From positions 1-11,148 of the forward strand of contig JAYUGC010000124.1 in the NCBI GenBank assembly GCA_043767805.1: DNA of 11,148 nucleotides, written 5' to 3'. This stretch comes from Pseudomonadota bacterium (GTDB lineage Bacteria > Bdellovibrionota > FAC87 > UBA2466). Below are positions 1 to 7,211 of this stretch, piece after piece. Made by a program: the position numbers and the translations under genes. The notes under the pieces were generated by a model, which saw nothing but the letters and a program-made list of their open reading frames with translations, did no database searches and was not told the DNA's origin. The first letter of the stretch is position 1; every line of letters starts with the position of its first letter.

Positions 1-315
1 TGTCCCTCCATGGAAGCTGTCTTCGAAGTGAAGGAAGACATGCGCAAGAAGATTGCGGCGGTGGTGCACGCGGATCAAACTTGCCGCATTCAATCGGTCA
101 CCCGCCACACACAGCCGTTTTACTGGAAGCTCATCGATGCGTTTTTTAAGCGCACGGGAGTGCCGATGCTCATCAATACGTCCTTCAACGACTCGGAGCC
201 GATCGTGTGCACGGCGCGCGACGCGTTCCGCTGTTTCCTCAACTCCGACCTCGACCACCTCATCATCGAGAACAGCACTTTCTCCAAAGCCGCCCAAATG
301 CGAAAAACCGGCTAA
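1..315 (+). CDS. Carbamoyltransferase (NodU/CmcH/TobZ family), C-terminal part; 5'-truncated by the window edge
   Basis: The frame is open from base 1. Motifs VVHADQTCRIQSV and LIDAFFKRTGVPMLINTSFNDSEPIVCT match the conserved carbamoyltransferase C-terminal domain (H.D.T.R.Q; TG.P.L.NTSFN..EPIV). Confidence 0.93.
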   Translation, partial: CPSMEAVFEVKEDMRKKIAAVVHADQTCRIQSVTRHTQPFYWKLIDAFFKRTGVPMLINTSFNDSEPIVCTARDAFRCFLNSDLDHLIIENSTFSKAAQMRKTG

Positions 316-495
316 CGGCGTTCGATCCGGGGCGGTCACTGGTTGCTGGATGCTGGGACAAGGTAGATCTATTAGATCTCATCCCGTCGTCCGCCTCCTT
401 ACGGCGCGAGCACTCGTATAAAGGCTGTGAGGGAGGCTAAGATCAAAAAGCCTTCCTCGTACTAGCATCCAGCAACCCGTGAATTCCCAACGCCG
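316..495. repeat. ~180-nt nested inverted-repeat (fold-back) element; REP/REPIN/MITE-like repeat or structured ncRNA
   Basis: 316-322 CGGCGTT pairs with 489-495 AACGCCG. 336-363 matches the reverse complement of 455-482 at 24/28 positions (core GGTTGCTGGATGCT / AGCATCCAGCAACC). There is an inner stem at 393-405/424-437 and small hairpins at 365-379 (AGATCT-ATT-AGATCT) and 406-417. Confidence 0.75.
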
Positions 496-509
496 CGGAC
501 TGGTGATAG

Positions 510-1340
510 CTAGAGCTGATCGAGCCAGGCGGAGACTCCGTGAGTAAATCCCTCTCGGTCGTTGTCGGGCACTCGCGTGAAACGCTTCCGCATCACATCC
601 GGCGAATTCTCCACGACTGACGCTTCTCCCGCCCACTCGAGTAGATCCATGTCGTTATAGTCATTGCCGATGGCAAAGACGCGAGCTTGCTCGATGCCTT
701 CGAGACTAGCGAGCCAAGCGGCGCCCTTTGACTTCGATGCCTCGGGATCGAAAATCTCCATCCATACGCTCGTGCCGTCCAAGGGCGAAGTGGTGCGGCA
801 CACGTGGAGCGGACCCGCCCAGGCATTTACTTGCGCGCGCACTTCGTCGCTTTCCTCGGCGCTGCACACGGCGAGCATCTGGCTCGCTGAGACCGGAAGA
901 TGAGTGCTCTCCCAAGGCGTCGCGAAACCCGCGAGCTTATCCAAGCGCCGCAAGAAATCGGGCCGTGGATTATCCGTGCGATGATACCGAAACTTGTGAT
1001 TTTCGGGAACGAGCTCATGGATCATGAAATCGTAATTGAGCTCACTCAAAAGCTCGGACACGATGCCCACTTCTTTCGCCGCCAGAGCATGCGAAACAAG
1101 AAGCTCTTCGGTTCGCCAATTCACGACTCCCGCGCCCGTGGAAAAAATCAGATAGTCGATGGGGAAATCTTTCGGAAGCAGAAGCTTTGCGGAATGCAGC
1201 GATCTTCCGGTCGCAACCGCCCGCACCACTCCTTTTTTGCCTAAACGATGCAAAGTCTCCAGGGTCGCCGCACTGACGACGCCTTCCGAAGTGGTTAACG
1301 TCCCATCCAAATCAGAAACGAGCATGGCGGGCTGTAGCAT
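510..1340 (-). CDS. Cof-type HAD-IIB family hydrolase/phosphatase
   Basis: Motif I SDLDGTL, motif II ATGR, SKSKG lysine motif, and motif IV GNDYNDMDLL. The start is placed at ATG 1340 (MLQPAMLVSDLDG) rather than the ORF-track start at 1376. Confidence 0.93.
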   Translation of the reverse strand: MLQPAMLVSDLDGTLTTSEGVVSAATLETLHRLGKKGVVRAVATGRSLHSAKLLLPKDFPIDYLIFSTGAGVVNWRTEELLVSHALAAKEVGIVSELLSELNYDFMIHELVPENHKFRYHRTDNPRPDFLRRLDKLAGFATPWESTHLPVSASQMLAVCSAEESDEVRAQVNAWAGPLHVCRTTSPLDGTSVWMEIFDPEASKSKGAAWLASLEGIEQARVFAIGNDYNDMDLLEWAGEASVVENSPDVMRKRFTRVPDNDREGFTHGVSAWLDQL

Positions 1341-1347
1341 GGCGAAA

Positions 1348-1358
1348 ATTATAGCCCG
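1348..1358 (-). promoter_or_regulatory. Putative sigma70 -10 element (CGGGCTATAAT) 7 nt upstream of the HAD ATG; likely leaderless
   Basis: The minus strand reads CACGGGCTATAAT-TTTCGCC-ATG. The TATAAT is perfect and there is no Shine-Dalgarno. Confidence 0.6.
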
Positions 1359-1548
1359 TGTACTCGCAGAATACACCGCGCGGCTTAAGTGGCCGTTCGC
1401 ACGGGGATTTCTCCCAATAGCCTCAAACCGACTAAGTCATTTTGGCACTTTGTTCCAGGTTTCAAGGACTTACCAAAATCCAGCAGTAGGGCGGCCAAAG
1501 CTTTTACATCTTAAGGGGTCAACCGTGCGGGGGAAGGAGGACCGAATC

Positions 1549-1797
1549 TTGCTTTTTAATCCCTTTATGAAGCTTTCGACTCTCCAACAATTTGGGTTCG
1601 CTGTGCTGGTTTTCGGGCTGGGTTGCGCGAGCAGCCTCTGGCTCGAATCCTCGAGTCCCACCAATCACTTTTACCAAGAAGGCGCCATCATGGCCGGACC
1701 GATGAGCCTTCCCAGCAACACCAATCAGGTGGAAACGAGAACGCCTCGGGAAGAGCTGGAAAGCCGCCGGGCTCTCGAAGGCAAGCCGGCTGAATAG
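1549..1797 (+). CDS. Small hypothetical protein with an N-terminal hydrophobic segment (82 aa from TTG 1549, or 76 aa from ATG 1567)
   Basis: Strong SD AAGGAGG (1534-1540) lies 8 nt before an in-frame TTG. Hydrophobic stretch FGFAVLVFGLGCASSLWL followed by a charged tail. The ORF fills an otherwise empty gap. Confidence 0.55.
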   Translation: MLFNPFMKLSTLQQFGFAVLVFGLGCASSLWLESSSPTNHFYQEGAIMAGPMSLPSNTNQVETRTPREELESRRALEGKPAE

Positions 1798-1924
1798 ATT
1801 TTTTTTGCTTACCTTGTTAACTCGAAGTCGCTTTCGGACCGGGCACGTTTTGCGCTCTTGTGAAAATTGCCTCGCCGGTTCAGCCTCTTTGTCCGTGCTC
1901 TCTCGGTTGGTTTTTGCGGCTGAA

Positions 1925-2320
1925 CTACTCTGCTGAACTACCCTCCCTCTCGATCAACTCTACTTTGTAGCCATCGGGATCCTCGACGAACGCGATTACC
2001 GAAGTGCCATGTTTCATGGGACCGGGAGGCCGGGTGACTTTTCCGCCCGCTTTCGCGATGGCTTCGCAGGATTGATAAATGTCTTTCACGCCGAACGCCA
2101 TATGGCCGTAGGCGTTTCCGCGCTCGTAAGACTCCACCCCCCAGTTATGGGTGAGCTCGAGAGACGGCTCGGTGTCTCCGCCCTCGCCCAAAAAGACGAG
2201 CGTGAACTTACCGTCGGGATATTCGGTACGTCGGTGAAGGCTAAGGCCTAGCACCTCGGTGTAGAACTGAATCGATTTTTCCAAGTCGACCACCCGGATC
2301 ATGGTGTGCAGGTACTTCAT
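1925..2320 (-). CDS. gloA: Lactoylglutathione lyase (glyoxalase I)
   Basis: MKYLHTMIRVVDLEKSIQFYTEVLG...LELTHNWG...YERGNAYGHMAFGV...GGKVTRPPGPMKHGTSVIAFVEDPDGYKVELIE is a textbook E. coli-type GloA of 131 aa. The start overlaps the upstream stop (ATGA). Confidence 0.97.
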   Translation of the reverse strand: MKYLHTMIRVVDLEKSIQFYTEVLGLSLHRRTEYPDGKFTLVFLGEGGDTEPSLELTHNWGVESYERGNAYGHMAFGVKDIYQSCEAIAKAGGKVTRPPGPMKHGTSVIAFVEDPDGYKVELIEREGSSAE

Positions 2321-2874
2321 AAACTTCCAAACTTGGAGTGAGCCAGATAATCCTCCGCGACGCCGGGCTTGATGTGATAGCGGTTCTGCCAAATCGAAGA
2401 GCCGTCCTTGCGATCGAACCGAACCCGCGGCAACTCCGGAAAGCCAATCTTTTTCAGCATGGCGTTCGGCATGGGGTTGGTGGCGTTGGGCTGACAATAA
2501 AGACGCTTCAAGGCGAAGACCGAAATGAAATCGAGAGCCGTCTGACAAAAAAGAAAGGAGCTATATCCCTTTCGTCGCTGGGTCTTGTCCCAAACATGCA
2601 AATGGATTTGCGCGTCGACCCCGTACCGAATGGATTTCAACGTGCTGTACCCGATGGGCGTTTCATCCAAGCACCAGATGCGCAGATCTTCCTCCGCGCT
2701 CTCGGGATCGAGTTCAGTCGCGCAAAAGGCCTCCAGGAAGGCTTTCGTCGCTTTGGAGTCCGGGCGGTTCAGCTCGCCCAATCGCTCCAAATCATCGGCG
2801 GTGGCCGCCTCCCAATATTGATTGAGAGGAACGATGTCTTCCGGACGCATGGGACGGATATGCAGTTTATTCAC
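2317..2874 (-). CDS. GNAT family N-acetyltransferase (RimJ/RimL-like)
   Basis: N-terminal IRPMRPEDI, acetyl-CoA motif A-like QRRKGYS, and motif B N.MPNAMLKKIGF. The start is GTG 2874 or ATG 2886. Confidence 0.85.
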   Translation of the reverse strand: MNKLHIRPMRPEDIVPLNQYWEAATADDLERLGELNRPDSKATKAFLEAFCATELDPESAEEDLRIWCLDETPIGYSTLKSIRYGVDAQIHLHVWDKTQRRKGYSSFLFCQTALDFISVFALKRLYCQPNATNPMPNAMLKKIGFPELPRVRFDRKDGSSIWQNRYHIKPGVAEDYLAHSKFGSL

Positions 2875-2937
2875 GGGCCGCAGCATACCTGCTCGGAAGG
2901 TGGCGCGTAAGGGTAAGATTGCGTACAGTCATTTCGC

Positions 2938-4371
2938 ATGCGGAACGGGATATTACTAACGGGAGCCTCGGGATACGTCGGCGGGAGACTGCTGGCCGCC
3001 CTCCACCACAATGGCTTTTCGATCAAGTGCCTTGCCCGCAACCCGGCAAGCCTGGAGTCCAAGGTCCCCCCCGGAGTGGAGGTGGTTCAAGGCGACGTCC
3101 TGGACGCCACGAGCCTCCGCCCCGCGCTCAAAGATGTGGCAACGGCCTATTACCTCGTTCATTCCATGGGAAGCACCGGAAAGTTCGAGGAGCAAGATCG
3201 CCAGGGAGCCGAGAACTTCGGCGCCGCGGCCAAAGCAGAAGGCGTGGAGAAGATCGTTTATCTGGGCGGTTTGGGAGAAGCGGGGGACGAACTCTCGGCT
3301 CACATCGCGAGCCGCCAGGAAGTGGGCGAGGTCTTGCGCGCCTCGGGAGTGCCCGTCATCGAGTTTCGCGCTTCCATCGTCATCGGCTCGGGAAGCCTCT
3401 CTTTCGAGATGATCCGAAGCTTGGTCGAAAGACTTCCCGTGATGATCACGCCGAAGTGGGTCACCACCCCGGCACAGCCCATCGCCATCTCAGACGTCAT
3501 TGAATATCTCATGGCGGTAGCCGAGCGCCCTTTCACTCATTCTAAAATTTATGAGATCGGCGGGCCCGACGTCGTGTCTTACGGTGATCTGATGCGGGAG
3601 TACGCGCGGCAACGCGGCCTCAAGCGCTACATGATTCCGGTTCCCTTCCTGAGCCCTCGCCTCTCCAGTCTCTGGCTGGCGCTCATCACCCCGCTTTACG
3701 CGCGTGTGGGAAGAAAACTAATCGACAGCCTTCGCTGCCCTACCGTCGTACAGAGCCCGGACGCGCTCCAAGATTTCATCCTACGTCCGAAGGGAGTTAC
3801 GGAAGCGATTCGTGGGGCTCTCAAGAAAGAGGACCGTGAGTTCGCCCAGACTCGCTGGTCGGACGCTCTCTCCAGCGCGGGAGAGCCCAAGCAGTGGGGT
3901 GGCGTGCGTTTTGGCCAGAGACTGGTCGATTCCCGCACCGCTCACGTGGACCTCTCTCCCGAAAAAGCGTTCGCGCCCATTCGATCGCTTGGCGGAAAGA
4001 CAGGCTGGTATTACGCGAACTGGCTGTGGTGGCTAAGAGGGTATCTGGATCTTCTGGTGGGAGGCGTGGGCATGCGCCGTGGGCGAGTGCACCCGCACGA
4101 AGTGCACGTCGGCGATTTCCTCGATTTTTGGCGGGTCGAAGCGTACGTGCCGAATCGAAAGCTAAGACTCGCGGCGGAGATGAAACTCCCTGGCCGAGCG
4201 TGGCTGGAATTTGAAGTCTTGGCCGAAGGCTCGGGCTCGGTCATCCGCCAAACCGCCATTTTCGATCCGATAGGTCTCTTCGGACTTGCCTACTGGTACC
4301 TCATTTATCCGCTCCATCAGATCATCTTCCGGGGAATGCTCCGAAGCATCGCGAGCGCGGGACGGATTTGA
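2938..4371 (+). CDS. SDR/NAD(P)-binding epimerase-like oxidoreductase with C-terminal DUF2867 (YbjT-like)
   Basis: Rossmann motif ILLTGASGYVGGRL, YYLVHSM, RASIVIGSGSLSFEMIR, and C-terminal GGKTGWYY..LW.LRG.LD...GD.LDFWRV...AEMKLPGRAWLEF, all characteristic of the YbjT/DUF2867 family. Confidence 0.93.
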   Translation: MRNGILLTGASGYVGGRLLAALHHNGFSIKCLARNPASLESKVPPGVEVVQGDVLDATSLRPALKDVATAYYLVHSMGSTGKFEEQDRQGAENFGAAAKAEGVEKIVYLGGLGEAGDELSAHIASRQEVGEVLRASGVPVIEFRASIVIGSGSLSFEMIRSLVERLPVMITPKWVTTPAQPIAISDVIEYLMAVAERPFTHSKIYEIGGPDVVSYGDLMREYARQRGLKRYMIPVPFLSPRLSSLWLALITPLYARVGRKLIDSLRCPTVVQSPDALQDFILRPKGVTEAIRGALKKEDREFAQTRWSDALSSAGEPKQWGGVRFGQRLVDSRTAHVDLSPEKAFAPIRSLGGKTGWYYANWLWWLRGYLDLLVGGVGMRRGRVHPHEVHVGDFLDFWRVEAYVPNRKLRLAAEMKLPGRAWLEFEVLAEGSGSVIRQTAIFDPIGLFGLAYWYLIYPLHQIIFRGMLRSIASAGRI

Positions 4372-4661
4372 AGGACTATAAGATCCACTACCGCTCGCGC
4401 CTCTTTAAGCTCCCGGGCTACCGGCGGTATTCGGCGACCGTTCTTGGGAGACACATTTTCGTCAAAGGAGATAGCCTCTCTCCTCGCCTGCTTCAGCACG
4501 AGCTCGCCCACCTGGCCCAGGTGCGCCGTTACGGCGTCATTCGCTTCTACTCACTCTATCTGTGGGAGTATTTCCGCCTCCTTCTCAAATACCGCTCCCA
4601 CCATAAGGCGTACTGGGAGAATCGTTTCGAAGTCGAAACAAGAGCGGCCGAGGAGACATAG
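4368..4661 (+). CDS. Small HExxH putative metallopeptidase-like protein (DUF4157-like)
   Basis: ATVLGRHIF...LLQHELAHLAQVRRYG..RFY..YL.EY...Y.ENRFEVE.RA fits the DUF4157-like pattern. The TTG start overlaps the upstream TGA stop (TTGA). Confidence 0.8.
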   Translation: MKDYKIHYRSRLFKLPGYRRYSATVLGRHIFVKGDSLSPRLLQHELAHLAQVRRYGVIRFYSLYLWEYFRLLLKYRSHHKAYWENRFEVETRAAEET

Positions 4662-4804
4662 CAACGGCCGCGAGAGTTGCCTCCGACGACCGTTTCAGTC
4701 AAGGACTTGGAAACCGACCCTTAGTGGTGGGTCATGAATTCCTGGCAACCGAGCGAGAGACAGATCAACGAGCTCGAGCTGCACTGGTAGGCAGACGACC
4801 AACG

Positions 4805-6028
4805 TTACAGCTTTACGTAGGCTTCGAGACCCAGGAACTCTTTCTTTCCAAAAGTGAACTTATTATCCATGTCATTGTAATCCGCGCGCCTAAACGCACT
4901 CGTGTACTTATTGGAAGCGACGAACTCCACGCAGAAAAAACCTTGCTCGCTGGAGCAGGCCGAGAGCGCGTACTTAAAGAAATAGTGTTGCTGCACGCCC
5001 GCGTTCTTGTAATGGAAAATGGCCACTTCGTGGTCCATAGTTAAAGTGAGCGCCTTCCAAACCTTGAAGACTCCTCCCAGCCGAAGGCCGGGCGCATAGA
5101 CGTCATCGTCATGAACGAAGATATTCATGCTGTCCATCATGGGCTTATCTTCCTGCTCGGGACTTAAGTAGTCGTGCTCGATACGGCCTTTGATGTCGTC
5201 GGCGAAATGATTGCCGTACTTACGAAATTGCAGATCGGCCGTGACCTGAGCCGACTCGCCGAAGTCCCCTTTGACCCGCACCGCGGCCAAGCCCGCAATG
5301 CCGCCATGTCTTTCCGCGAGCTCTACGTGAGTCTCTAACCAAGGCAGTACGGCGGCTTTCGAGTAAAGGCCAAGGAAACCGGCGCGGCCGAAATGATATT
5401 GAAAGGCATAGGCGCCGATGAGCTCTTTTTTGTAATCCAAGGAGAGGTAGTTCACATCTCCGCTGATGTCGTAACCGCCGGTGCCGTCCTGCAGATAACG
5501 AATCCGGAAATCATCGTGGGTGACTTGGATATGGACGCCGGACATTTCCTTGTCGGCGAGAGTCAGGCCCGCGCCCAAAGTCTGCCGGTCGAGATCCATA
5601 AGCCGCAAATCAATTTTCCAGTCGCCGCCGCCGTAATCGAGAAGGTTGTCTTTCCAATCGAAGGAAACGAGCGGGAGAAAAAAGAAATGGCTGACGACGC
5701 CATAACTCATCGCCGGGTTGTAAAACGTCAGCCGGGAATTAATCGCGAGCTTCTTGACCGCCCTCAGCTCGACGAAGTTATCCATCCAGTAACCGGCGTG
5801 ATAATACGGAAAATCGCCGTGCGTGACCCGATACAGGAAATGGGTGTCGGACGCTAAAGACAAATTCGGAAGCTGCGGTAGAACGCGAAACTTCTGATTC
5901 TCCATTTGCGGCACGAGGTCCGCGTTGCGAAGCCGCTTCACCGGGTCGATTCCCGCCGACGCACTTACCGTCACGAACAGGAGGAGCAGACTCATCAATA
6001 AGAAAAATAGAGGCGCGCGCGGCTTCAT
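4805..6028 (-). CDS. Hypothetical exported protein, probable outer-membrane beta-barrel (407 aa)
   Basis: Sec signal peptide (MKPRAPLFFLLMSLLLLFVTVSASA), many alternating hydrophobic/aromatic strand-like segments, and a C-terminal strand FLGLEAYVKL. Confidence 0.75.
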   Translation of the reverse strand: MKPRAPLFFLLMSLLLLFVTVSASAGIDPVKRLRNADLVPQMENQKFRVLPQLPNLSLASDTHFLYRVTHGDFPYYHAGYWMDNFVELRAVKKLAINSRLTFYNPAMSYGVVSHFFFLPLVSFDWKDNLLDYGGGDWKIDLRLMDLDRQTLGAGLTLADKEMSGVHIQVTHDDFRIRYLQDGTGGYDISGDVNYLSLDYKKELIGAYAFQYHFGRAGFLGLYSKAAVLPWLETHVELAERHGGIAGLAAVRVKGDFGESAQVTADLQFRKYGNHFADDIKGRIEHDYLSPEQEDKPMMDSMNIFVHDDDVYAPGLRLGGVFKVWKALTLTMDHEVAIFHYKNAGVQQHYFFKYALSACSSEQGFFCVEFVASNKYTSAFRRADYNDMDNKFTFGKKEFLGLEAYVKL

Positions 6029-6182
6029 GAAGCGACCTTAAAAAGGCGCCCCTTCTGATGTCAATAAAATGGCCCGGTGATCCAGTTTTGGACGGGAATG
6101 AGCTGATCCGAGCTCAGCCTGCGCGTGAGAGATCGAGGGCCAATGATGGCCCTAAACTTAACCCCTATTGGAGACTATTCTT

Positions 6183-6620
6183 ATGCGGGGACTACGCTTA
6201 CTTTCGCTCGGCGCCTTGTTACTCGGTGGCCTCGTGTCGGTTGCCGCCCAAGCGGTACCTAAATCCTATCCCATGGTTTGCCGCGGAGGCGGAGGCACCC
6301 TCGGCTACAACGCCGAAGCTCCGTATCGAAACGCCCTCTTCTACTTCGAGAAAGCCTCCCATGCTTCTGGCAACGGACTCGCGGCCGGACAGTGCGCTTG
6401 GGTCGACCGGGCCATTGGCCCGAACGAGCCTACCTGCTTGAAACAACAAAACGTAAGCGCCTCGGCGTGGATGTTTCCGGGCCAAATGTCGAACAACTAC
6501 TTCGCCAGCACCGGGGCGCCCTGGATGAGAAATCTTTTGAAGAGCGCAAACTTTCAGACGTTTCAGGTCTATAACCCGGGCAACACGGATTGCTTCATCG
6601 TGACTCGGCTCGGGAATTAA
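6183..6620 (+). CDS. Hypothetical secreted protein with 4 Cys (145 aa)
   Basis: SD GGAGA (6170-6174) lies 8 nt before ATG 6183. Signal peptide ends AQA. Motifs YPMVCRGGG and GQCAWVDRAIGPNEP. Confidence 0.82.
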   Translation: MRGLRLLSLGALLLGGLVSVAAQAVPKSYPMVCRGGGGTLGYNAEAPYRNALFYFEKASHASGNGLAAGQCAWVDRAIGPNEPTCLKQQNVSASAWMFPGQMSNNYFASTGAPWMRNLLKSANFQTFQVYNPGNTDCFIVTRLGN

Positions 6621-6629
6621 ATAGAAAGA

Positions 6630-6653
6630 GGAGACTCCCACGAGGGAGTCTCC
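6630..6653. terminator. Stem-loop, probable intrinsic terminator or stabilising hairpin
   Basis: GGAGACTCCC-ACGA-GGGAGTCTCC is a perfect 10-bp stem just after the stop at 6620. The U-rich tail is on the minus strand rather than the plus strand. Confidence 0.6.
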
Positions 6654-6748
6654 CGCTTCGGGTTTAGATAGCTTATCCGACGTAGCCGTTGACTCCCCGT
6701 GTCGGCCCGATTAGCAATCGGGACAACATGTGCAAGGGAGTTTCCATA

Positions 6749-7150
6749 ATGAAGTTGTTTATTCTGTTCCTCGTTATCGCCGCGTCCTCGGCGCAGGCCC
6801 GTCAGTTCAAATGCTCCGAAAAGGCGACCGATGCTCTCGCTAAAAACCGCGTGCAATACTCCGTCCTCGTGACCACCTTGAGTGAGATCACGAATCCGAT
6901 ACTCAAAGGCGACTACGACCACGTGACGAACGTGCGCGTTTCGATCCTGTCTCGCGAGCCCCGCACGGGCAGCGGTCCGTTCCGCCTGGATCGCCCCTCG
7001 TTCGAAGCCATCGCGAAGAGCGAAGACGTGAACTACAACATCCGCTCTCCGAAGCACGGCTTTTCGTTCGGCGTCTATCTGGATGAGATGGACCAGAGCT
7101 GGATGAAGCTCACCGGCGTTCGCGGCGATATCCGCTTGAACTGTCACTAA
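6749..7150 (+). CDS. Hypothetical secreted protein (133 aa) with an N- and C-terminal Cys pair
   Basis: SD AAGGGAG before ATG 6749. Signal peptide MKLFILFLVIAASSAQA. Mature protein runs RQFKC...IRLNCH. Confidence 0.82.
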   Translation: MKLFILFLVIAASSAQARQFKCSEKATDALAKNRVQYSVLVTTLSEITNPILKGDYDHVTNVRVSILSREPRTGSGPFRLDRPSFEAIAKSEDVNYNIRSPKHGFSFGVYLDEMDQSWMKLTGVRGDIRLNCH

Positions 7151-7173
7151 GTCATCCGGCTAGTCAGACTTGG

Positions 7174-7207
7174 AAAGGGCCTCCGCAAGGGGGCCCTTTT
7201 CTATTTT
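7174..7207. terminator. Intrinsic terminator between convergent genes, probably bidirectional
   Basis: AAAGGGCCTCC-GCAA-GGGGGCCCTTT followed by TCTATTTT, with a GNRA tetraloop. Confidence 0.85.
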
Positions 7208-7211
7208 GGAA

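Noticed and set aside
316..495. Retron msr-msd, SRP RNA, tRNA or CRISPR interpretation of the fold-back element
   Set aside because: There is no reverse transcriptase or cas gene in the window, no SRP helix-8 motif, no cloverleaf and no direct repeat-spacer periodicity.
53..636. ORFs 53-421 (+), 207-440 (+) and 379-636 (-); the first and last share TGCWML
   Set aside because: The shared peptide is simply the inverted repeat read on both strands. All three overlap real genes and have no protein-like features.
1159..1548. Upstream part of the 212-aa plus-strand ORF
   Set aside because: It is antisense to the HAD gene and spans its promoter. Only the portion downstream of the SD is plausible.
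1841..1856. Sigma54-like GGGCACGTTTTGCGC
   Set aside because: It lies between convergent 3' ends with no downstream gene on that strand, and the -12 context is poor.
2321..2548. 76-aa N-terminal extension of GloA (207-aa ORF in the track)
   Set aside because: It overlaps the GNAT gene in another frame. GloA homology begins at MKYLHTM (2320), which has a canonical ATGA coupling.
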